Source of the DNA: Catajapyx aquilonaris
Taxonomy: Eukaryota
DNA length: 20,000 nucleotides
NCBI GenBank assembly: GCA_000934665.2
Contig: KZ538330.1
Span: 61,802-81,801 of the forward strand
Reading direction: 5' to 3'
Position 1 is the stretch's first letter. Every line of letters begins with the position of its first letter. The notes below the pieces were generated by a model that saw only the letters and a program-made list of their open reading frames with translations, was not told the origin of the DNA and ran no database searches. A program made the position numbers and the translations under genes. Shown piece by piece: positions 11,977 through 20,000 of this stretch.

Positions 11977-12251
11977 ATGAGGAACCACTTGAAGAGGAAT
12001 CGAATGGATTGAGAGGAGAGGACGGGCGTCAGCTGTGGCCAGGAGTGGGTACCTGGCCAGTTCGACCTCCTGGGGTCAAACCGGTGGGTCCCTTGCCTTG
12101 CTTCACCCGCAGTGGGACCAAGGGAAGATGTGCTACCTTCAGACAGTGCTACCCTTTCTACCGGTTAGATCTGGAAGCTGAGGAACAAACTTGGCTTGTC
12201 TCTGGGCTCATGCCACTGGAAGACACCTGCGAGCAAGAACTCACTAGGCAG
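11977..12251 (+). CDS. Clip-domain serine protease exon 2 (first four Cys of the clip domain)
   Basis: Acceptor tctctgcag ends at 11976. Reads ...LPCFTRSGTKGRCATFRQCYPFY...EDTCEQELTRQ. Donor CAG|GTCAGT, phase 0. Confidence 0.88.
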
Positions 12252-12287
12252 GTCAGTGTCTCACAGTAATGTTATAGGAATACTCAA

Positions 12288-12320
12288 GATGACGATGATG
12301 ATGATGATGATGATGATGAT
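12288..12320. repeat. (GAT)11 microsatellite with one GAC interruption
   Basis: Directly visible just after protease exon 2. Confidence 0.95.
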
Positions 12321-12900
12321 TTTTCTTGCGACACAAGGTCGAGGGTTTGAAGTTTTAAAATAGCACAACCCCTGATCGAATTCTTCATTCAAGCTTTCTC
12401 TAGTGAGGTGTTATTGCCCTAGTTCAAACTCATTTGGCCGTCAAAAAGTACCTGCAGACAAAGTATATCAATTTCCACCAAAATGTGATGATTGCACTTC
12501 AGGTCCTTACATGTAAAATGCAATCTCTGTACTCAACCCCCACCCCCCACCACCACATACACACCATAATAAACGAGACAGAATATAATGTTCATTTTAT
12601 TCATAATTGTAAGTTTACAGATGAAATCACTGAACATGCAAAAATGTAATAGCTGCACTTCATATATAATTAACGAAGGTAAAGTACTCTCTTGGAGGCT
12701 TAGGAATAGCTCATTGATAAAAACATGTTACCAAAATGTAAAGTACACAATCCTAGCTTCTGGTGCCACTGTCAAGACTCAAGAGTTGTAGTTTCCAAAA
12801 CCAGAGTGACAAATCGTGAGCACATGAGGTTTCATAAGTTACTGGGGATTGCAAGGGGTATGAGAGGGTCAAAAAAAGAGTGCCTCATTGGCCCATAATT

Positions 12901-13830
12901 GAAGGGCTTGGTGAAAGAACCAGGTAGCTCCACTTTTCTTGGAAAATGAGTTAGTCATGGGATCCTATGAAGAAAAAAACTGTCCATAGATTGGTCAAAG
13001 AATCATGTACCTCCAAGCTTTCCTCGAGACATGAGATGTCAACTTTTGACATCGACGATGCCCATCCTTGCAAGTGTGGATACCTCCGTACATGCCTCCA
13101 TTGCTGGTTGCTGGAGTCAGGAGCCAAATTGTACCTCAACCGCCTGACCCTGGCAACCAGCAATGCAAGCATACATGGGGGTATCCACACTTGAAAGGAT
13201 GGACATCATCGATGTCAAAGGTCGACATCTCCGAAACGGATCGTCCCAGGCCCTTCGGGCCCATTCCTGGCTTTTTCCATATGCACACCCTATACCACCC
13301 GTTGAAATTACGGTTTAGAAATCCCCCCACCCAACCCGCCCCATGAGAAACACCCTTAACTTGCATGTACTTCACAAATTCCTGATTTTCCATTAGATTC
13401 ACCATCCCAAGAAACTGCTACGTATCAAAAATCTCTCCGAGAGCACTAATAATATGAGCTTCTTCAGGGCCTTTCATAAAGTATTCTATTTTGACCTTTT
13501 GACCCCTGTATATAAAAAATGCTTGAGACCGAGGACATAACCGGAAGGGTGATTTATTTCTACCAGCCGCGGAATCTGATAAAAATTATTTGAACGTGAA
13601 GTTCGCTTAGCACTTCGAGAGGTTCCCATGCTGTTGGTTGTTTGGTGAAAGAACCAGGTAGCTCCACGGATTTTAAAATTTATTTACTTATGATTTATTT
13701 GGTCAACGCCATTGTGAGTAGTTCATATGTTTACAGTTCTGGTGTGAATTCTGATTTTTTAAAACACATTTTTGCCATTTTCTCAAAACTTGGCAAAATG
13801 GAGCCACCTGGTTCTTTCACCAAGCTATTC
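12901..13830. mobile_element. 930-bp non-autonomous TIR element flanked by AATT (Sola1-like candidate) with an internal foldback
   Basis: Left end gaagggcttggtgaaagaaccaggtagctccacttt; reverse complement of the right end gaatagcttggtgaaagaaccaggtggctccatttt. AATT lies at 12897-12900 and 13831-13834. An internal exact 26-bp TIR copy is at 13642-13667. The superfamily assignment is inference. Confidence 0.7.
13033..13231. repeat. Long inverted repeat: 89-bp arms, 21-bp loop
   Basis: Arms 13033-13121 and 13143-13231 align without gaps at about 75/89 by manual count. This explains the mirror-image ORFs in the track. Confidence 0.93.
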
Positions 13831-14448
13831 AATTCTAATATCTGCTGGATCTTGTATGAACTTTTGCTTTGAAATATCATAGCATCTTCTAGGTGGATCA
13901 ATGCATGAAACATTGTGTTAAGATTTAAGAAGTCAGGCAACCATTGCCATGAGGAAAATCTGGAAGGCAAATCTGGTATTTTCAAATGTGTCATGCATAA
14001 CTTCACATGCAATTCTATCTGCAGGTATACTTTATCTTGCTAAATGTACAGTATATTCACAAGTATTGATATTAGTATTGGTATTTATTGGCCTAGTGAG
14101 TTGTATATCCACAGGTAAAACTGCATTAAAATTTATTTTACAGAAAGTCACTGTGGTTCAGATAGCCATGAACCAAGGCCATCACTGTGAATCCCAAGAA
14201 AGCACGTTACCAATCATTGAAATATTTGCAGGAATATATAATGACAAGATCATGGTGACATACGATTTAAGTCATTTACAAACTATACTTGCTCATGGCT
14301 CATCACAGTAAATGTATCATATGTTCCCCAGATTTACCAGTTAAAACATGTGGCAATTTTAGGATGACTGTCTGCATACTGTTCATGTGAAGCAAAAACC
14401 CACACAACAGGAAATGACATTCACAATTGCTTAAATTTTCTTGCGAAG

Positions 14449-14874
14449 GTAACAATATGCTGCCCAACAACAGGCAAGCCAACAATGCCAACAGCCAGGC
14501 CACCAGCGGGCCCACCAGCAGGTCATCCAGGTCCCCCAGTCATCATATATCCTGGAGGATTTCCCACCCACCCAACACACCCCCCTTTGCCCACCCATCC
14601 TCCTTCACCCCCACCTCCCACACACCCACCCCTGCCCACCCATCCACCAGTTCGTCCTCCTGTCACGACACGCCCGCCATGGGCCACGTCCAGACCAACA
14701 GTGTCTACTTACCCACCCTGGCCAGGAACTAAACCAACTACCTACCCATCATGGACCACTAGGCCAACACAGCCCACCTGGGGCACACCTACAACTACGA
14801 AATATCCTGTCCATCCACCAATTACCCCTCCAATTACCAATGTTGAGTGTGGTACCAGAACTGATGGATCCAAA
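14449..14874 (+). CDS. Clip-domain serine protease exon 3 (clip CC motif, Pro/Thr/His-rich linker, pre-activation Cys)
   Basis: Acceptor ttttcttgcgaag ends at 14448. VTICCP completes the 6-Cys clip domain, followed by THPP-repeat linker and ...NVECGTRTDGSK. Donor AAA|GTAAGT, phase 0. Confidence 0.92.
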
Positions 14875-14941
14875 GTAAGTGTTAGTTACACATTTCTACT
14901 TAAAAACTAAAGCAAGCTAATAATAATTGTGTTCAATGAAG

Positions 14942-15078
14942 ATTGTGCAAGGAGAGGAGGCAGTGAAGGGCAGGTGGCCATGGATGGCGGTACTCTTCGA
15001 TGACAAAAATCGCATGAGTTGTGGAGGATCCCTTCTAGATAACCAGCATGTGCTCACTGCAGCTCACTGTGTAGCACA
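14942..15078 (+). CDS. Clip-domain serine protease exon 4 (mature N-terminus, catalytic His)
   Basis: Reads IVQGEEAVKGRWPWMAVLFDDKNRMSCGGSLLDNQHVLTAAHCVA. Donor CA|GTAAGT, phase 2. Too short to appear in the ORF track. Confidence 0.95.
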
Positions 15079-15350
15079 GTAAGTACACCACTTCTACTGG
15101 AAAACCACACAGGACTTGTTCTTCAGTGAAACCTACCCCTAGCAGCTCCTTGCTTCAGTAGAAACCTATACTGTACATGAATAAAATTGTTTGGCCCTAG
15201 CCAATGATTATCAACAATATATTTCAGATATATGTAATACCAAGTAGAAACCTATTAAATGCTAAGCAGTTTCACAGAGCAGAGCAAGTCCCCTCTAAAG
15301 AAGTGTTACTACAGTATATTATACTCTATAACACATTGCTCATCTTACAG

Positions 15351-15486
15351 TATGGGGCCTACGCAAGTGGCAGCCATGGTAGTACGCCTGGGAGAGCATG
15401 ATTTACGCAACCCTTTCGAAGGTAAACACCTTGAACTGCGAGTTTCACGCGTCGTCCGCCACGCAGGATACAACTTCCGCACTCTT
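15351..15486 (+). CDS. Clip-domain serine protease exon 5
   Basis: Acceptor catcttacag ends at 15350. Reads (H)MGPTQVAAMVVRLGEHDLRNPFEGKHLELRVSRVVRHAGYNFRTL. Donor GTAAGG, phase 0. Confidence 0.94.
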
Positions 15487-15530
15487 GTAAGGTTAATCAA
15501 TTTACTTGTTCACACTACTACTACTACTAC

Positions 15531-15629
15531 TAGTTGACTTAAGATATAACAGCCTCAGCTATAACAGACCTCGATTATAGAAGAATGATTTCCACATTCC
15601 TGTAAGTTTGTTATATCTGGAGTCTACTG
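15531..15629. mobile_element. Degenerate pogo/Tigger-like MITE, about 100 bp
   Basis: Right end gttatatctggagtctactg is followed by TA; the left end tagttgacttaagatataac is its imperfect inverse. Internal repeated (g/c)(a/c)tataac motifs are present. Confidence 0.45.
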
Positions 15630-15640
15630 TATTATATTAA

Positions 15641-16123
15641 GGGGGGGAAAAAGAGAATTTGGGAGTAAAGTTCTCGCTAACTAACAACAGCAAAACATAT
15701 TTTTTTTGTGTAAGTGTAACTGACCTCTCTCTTACGCATGTGTGATGTACTTTTCCCATATTCTTAATGTAGTATTATAAAAAGTCATTTGCATTCGGGA
15801 GTAATTTACGCATTCGTAACATTTTAAGTAATGTCGTAACAAGCACTAAAAAATGCGGAAAAATGAGGTGCTCTGGACCAACAAAGCTGATTTTTATATT
15901 TAGCTATAACCTTTCGGCAAATAATAATTTTTTTCAAAATTTGACTGATTTGAGAACTACTAGAAGTTGGGGGAACCCTAATTTTCACGGTTTTGATTGT
16001 GCCTAGAGGGAATGGTCAACCGCAAACGCGACCTTTCTTTTGTGTAGTGAGGGTGGGATCCACTGTCTCCTCTTTCGGCCGGAGTTGGAACTCGAAGAAG
16101 TCCCGATTATCTTTATCCCCCCC
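15641..16123. mobile_element. TTAA-flanked MITE, 483 bp, with G-run termini (Kolobok-like)
   Basis: TTAA (15637-15640) + GGGGGGGAAAAAGAGAATTTGGGAGT at the left; AGTCCCGATTATCTTTATCCCCCCC + TTAA (16124-16127) at the right. Purine termini with a TTAA TSD fit Kolobok rather than piggyBac. Confidence 0.75.
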
Positions 16124-16538
16124 TTAAGTTGAATTTACCATCTAATCAATCACCATGTATGGCTCATTCGATGAATTCTGCCTTCAAGAAAATAATGGTA
16201 TGTTTACACTAATTTTTAAAACTGATATAAAATAAGATGTTTGGGCCATAAATCATCGAAACCATGTGGATCTCATGCCAAGCAACACACTGGAGTACAA
16301 ATGTGCAAGGAGATACTTTGTTGATCATATGGCCACGACATCCTGTGTAACTCAATCAATTATTACATTACAAAAAATTATTACTGTCTAACAGGGCTTT
16401 TTTGGGTGCTTGCTATAATCAAATTGCATGTAACTTGTAAGTAAAAATATCATTTTGTCCAGATATGATTGAACTAAGGTTGTTTGTCTTATTCTATCAA
16501 GAGGTCTGAACAATACTGATGCACTGCATCTATTACAG

Positions 16539-16677
16539 CACAATGATGTAGCCATCCTTACTCTGAGGGAGAAAGTGCAATTCAGCAGCACTGTAAGACC
16601 CATCTGCCTTGCATCTGGTTCAAGTACTTTTGCTGGAAGTAAGGCAACAGTGACTGGTTGGGGAAGCACCTATGCAG
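16539..16677 (+). CDS. Clip-domain serine protease exon 6 (catalytic Asp)
   Basis: Acceptor tattacag ends at 16538. Reads HNDVAILTLREKVQFSSTVRPICLASGSSTFAGSKATVTGWGSTYA. Donor G|GTAAC, phase 1. Confidence 0.95.
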
Positions 16678-16725
16678 GTAACATTTTAATTTGCTTACCA
16701 TGTATATCTATAATTATGCAGAAAA

Positions 16726-16992
16726 ACCTAAGCAAGTTGGTGTGGAGGTTAAGGAGCCCGACTGCTAATCAGGAGGTCCTGGGTTCGAATCCCAGGGCCA
16801 GCTACCCTGACCGTGGTTTTCTGTGGTTTTCCATGGTCCTCCCAGGATAATTCTGGGGTTGTTTCCATATAATAGCCCACAGCCATCTCCTTCCTTCCCT
16901 ATCCGTGGCCCCATCCAATGGTGGTGGTACTCCACCCCCCTAACGGAGCGCCGATTCTCCCAATGGGGTATAAAAAAATAAAAAATAAAAAA
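16726..16992 (+). mobile_element. tRNA-derived SINE in protease intron 6
   Basis: A-box-like TGGTGTGGAGG (16738-16748) and B-box GGTTCGAATCC (16782-16792), an A-rich (TAAAAA)n tail, and a perfect 16-bp TSD ataattatgcagaaaa at 16710-16725 and 16993-17008. Confidence 0.92.
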
Positions 16993-17032
16993 ATAATTAT
17001 GCAGAAAAGTGATAATATTCCCATTTCAACAG

Positions 17033-17178
17033 GTAGTCTCCCATCATCTGTCCTGAGGGAAGTGACAATAGACGTGTGGACTAATCAGCAATGCAGGCAA
17101 GTGTATGGGTCCCAGGCTCCTGGCGGAATCACTGATCATATGCTGTGTGCAGGAACGAATGGGAAAGACTCTTGCAAT
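17033..17178 (+). CDS. Clip-domain serine protease exon 7 (S1 Asp189)
   Basis: Acceptor tttcaacag ends at 17032. Reads GSLPSSVLREVTIDVWTNQQCRQVYGSQAPGGITDHMLCAGTNGKDSCN. Donor GTGAGT, phase 0. Confidence 0.95.
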
Positions 17179-17209
17179 GTGAGTAGTCGCCTTTCATGAT
17201 CTTCAGTAG

Positions 17210-17425
<216 letters not shown>

Positions 17426-17937
17426 TTCTGTCCTTCTTTCTGTATAGAAGTCAGTTTTCATATCAATTTCCTTGTTTTACCTCTCCCACTATCATATTCC
17501 CCACTCATTCTAACATTCCCTTCTATCCTCTTTACAGCAATTCTTTCACACCTACGATTGTCCCAAAATTCTTAGTAATAATTTACTTTACCCATGATAC
17601 TGAATACATGAAAATAATGCCATATCACTTGAATTTTCATGACAACGCCTGAGCAATTAGCATGATGTTTCATTTACTCCGTATAGTCATGCAGACCAAG
17701 TCTATTAAGAGGACAGAATGTGAACCACATATAACTATAATGAAATGTTGAAGATCACATGACAACAAGTTCATGAAGGAAATGGGAAGTACATATATTA
17801 CATGCCATCAGCAAATATCTTGAAGATATTTAGATGTCATGCATGAGAATGGAGCCAATTATAAACTGCCAGGCAGCATTCTAACTATCCTGTTAACGAA
17901 CTGACTATTATAGGCTTACAAAGAAACCACATGCATA

Positions 17938-18157
17938 CAGTACCGGTCAAAAGTTTAGCATGACCCCCCAAGCAGAGGTTTTTTATTTCTCAAGTCTAAA
18001 TTTCCAGTATAAATTGAAAGTGTGAGGCACCGCTGAAAGTGTCATGAATAACACTACAAACAAAAAGAGGAACAGTAATTCTAGGTTCAACAGAGAGAGA
18101 TAGGTNNNNNNNNNNNNNNCCCCCCCCCCCCCCCCCCCACACTTTTGACTGGTACTG
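17938..18157. mobile_element. Tc1/mariner-type element or MITE spanning an assembly gap
   Basis: TA-CAGTACCGGTCAAAAGT at the left and ACTTTTGACTGGTACTG-TA at the right (16/17 TIR match, TA TSD). An N-run at 18106-18119 means the true length is unknown. Confidence 0.8.
18106..18119. other. Assembly gap (14 N) next to a poly-C run
   Basis: Directly visible; there is also a single N at 690. Confidence 0.99.
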
Positions 18158-19916
18158 TAAGTGATGCTGATTGTGTAGATACACAAAGAATGACTGAAGA
18201 CATCCTGACTTGATGATCACGAATTAGGACAGTGCTAATTATTACCAAGACTTTTATGACAATCGTAATACATTTTCATCTTTTCATATCTTTCTGACCC
18301 TACATATTAACATATTTATTTGTTAAAAGTTCCCATTGCAATTAATTTCTAAGCATAAATGATCCTAATTATGCTGCTCTTTTTGACCGACGTGGGTCAC
18401 TTTCACTTTTGTTTACATCATGGTTTACATCTACAGAAAGCAGTAGATATATTCTTCACCTCAACCATGCATTTGATGTGACAGAAGTTGGCCCTGACAT
18501 TTGAAATTGATAAAAAATCAGAGAGATCCAGAAGCTATAACTCCCGGACACAAACCAATTGCTGGAGACTGAAGCTGAAGGGCAGGAGGTCACATTTCAC
18601 CTCACTCCTTGAATTGCATGTATGTAAAATTTATTTGTGCGGACTAGTCACCACACTTCACTTGTGTCAACGTCTATCTGGGAGGTATATCAGGTGGATG
18701 TCAGTATCATTTCTGGGCAATATTTGTTTTACAATTTATATTTTTTTCAGAGACCCCCGTCTTTTCCCTCACCTGCTTTGGCCTCTAAATCAGGGGACAT
18801 TTTTTTTTATTTGTTTGCATATGCAAAGTTTTAACAAAACCTGCAGTGCCATAGTTTTTTCCCCTGTTTGTTTTGCTTGATTCAGATGAATTTCAAAATG
18901 TAAGAAAAATATACCTCCTGTTTTCACCATATTAAGGTAAACAAATCAATAATTTGGTAATCTTTCTCGCAAAGGAGTCCCACAAAGTAGGAGCAGGCAG
19001 CTTGCTACCACGATAAATTCCACTGCTTGCTACTACTCTTGCTTGAATGGGTCTTCTCATTTGCATGAATTATGTTTTTCTGATAGAGTCACAATGACTT
19101 GGGAAATATTCCCATATGATTTATCCATAAGGACTGTTAACAATGCCAGAAAATTTAAGTTATACCTTAACTTTCTTAAAAGTCATATTAGAATTTTTCA
19201 TTACTATTTATTATTATTTTAAGAAAATTCCAAATTACTGTAGTTTCAGAAAACAAGCTAAACTGAATTGACCTGTTCAGCATTCACCAACAAGTCTCTA
19301 AATGAGCCTGACCATTCAGTTGCACATGCAAGTGTGCGAAAATAATCATGACAGGAAACATAAATTTTATAGCTCTTCAAGATCTAAGCCATACACATTC
19401 AAGTAAGATTAATTCAACAAGTGATGCGTGTAAATAACAGACAACAATTCCCCAAAAATGACACGTGGAATGAAGCTGTGCAATGTGCATGGATAATTTT
19501 TCTTGTGCCAGAAGGTGTGACGGTACACAAAACGCACCAAGAGTTTAGTGTACATTGAGCATTACCAACAGCCAGTAATGACTGCCACGAAGGATATAAC
19601 ATGAAGGAAGTAGTGCCTACAGAGTGATAGATCAACAAGAGAGTTTCAGCAGTCGAACTCATAGGCAGTGAATTAACCATGAAGGACAGTGATTTTCACT
19701 TTTTTGACACAACCCACTTAGGGATGGGATATGGGTCCCATTGTCCAGTTTGGCCACTTAACTCCATAAGTAAATTTTTATTTGCCACTAAAACTCCAAC
19801 AATATATTCAATTTTTTTGATCAGTTCATGGTTGCCTGTGCTTCACTGCTATACTGCCATCAGGAGTTTGAGTCAGGAGGGATTAGTGCAGGACATGCAT
19901 GCGACTTTCACCCTTA

Positions 19917-20000
19917 GGGGTCGTCCATAAACCACGTGACCGTTTTGGGGGAAGGGGGGGGTCTGCTGATATACCACGGTTGGTCACGGGGGGAAGGAGG
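19917..20000. mobile_element. Left end of a PIF/Harbinger-like MITE, truncated by the window edge
   Basis: TTA followed by GGGGTCGTCCATAAACCACGTGAC and then G-rich tracts, resembling common arthropod GGGGYCRTCCATAAA-type termini (from memory). The right TIR is not visible. Confidence 0.45.

Noticed and set aside
12951..13405. Pairs of similar ORFs on opposite strands (MWIPP.../MQVWIPP..., MSTFDIDD...)
   Set aside because: Artefact of the 89-bp inverted repeat, not duplicated genes.
12908..13823. Repeated 26-bp unit as a possible CRISPR-like array
   Set aside because: There are only three copies, one inverted, with irregular spacing in a eukaryotic intron and no cas genes; they are explained as TIRs.
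14445..14454. AG|GTAACA at the exon 3 acceptor as a recursive splice site
   Set aside because: The GT is simply the Val codon needed for the clip VTICC motif, and the intron is too short to need recursive splicing.
16730..16800. Possible tRNA gene
   Set aside because: It has no proper acceptor stem and continues into a body, A-rich tail and TSD, so it is a SINE head.
18986..19037. 15-bp imperfect inverted repeat (agtaggagcaggcag / ctgcttgctactact)
   Set aside because: The stem is short with a 22-nt loop and poor extension; compatible with chance or a decayed repeat.
18488..19930. ORFs of 65-130 aa at the 3' end of the window
   Set aside because: No recognisable domain or consistent splice structure, and AT-rich noncoding composition.

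Overview
This is eukaryotic genomic DNA, most likely from an arthropod judging by the gene families and repeat types. It carries three spliced + strand genes in tandem. (1) The last two coding exons of mitochondrial ClpP; its 5' exons were not found and are presumably upstream of the window. (2) A complete 3-exon lowfat/LIX1-like gene of 385 aa, with a long low-complexity N-terminus and an acidic insertion. (3) A complete 8-exon clip-domain trypsin-like serine protease of 545 aa: signal peptide, clip domain, Pro/Thr/His-rich linker and an intact His/Asp/Ser triad, CLIPD-like. All splice phases were reconstructed by hand and are consistent. Introns and flanks hold many non-autonomous elements: hAT/Buster-, Kolobok-, Tc1-, pogo-, piggyBac- and Harbinger-like MITEs, a tRNA-derived SINE with a 16-bp TSD, and a 930-bp AATT-flanked element containing an 89-bp-arm foldback. 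I see no convincing new biological system. The best second-look items are the nested foldback element, a G:U-rich intronic hairpin, a GATA+kappaB motif cluster and paired FTZ-F1-type sites near the protease, the acidic Lowfat insertion, and a sharp CpG mosaic.
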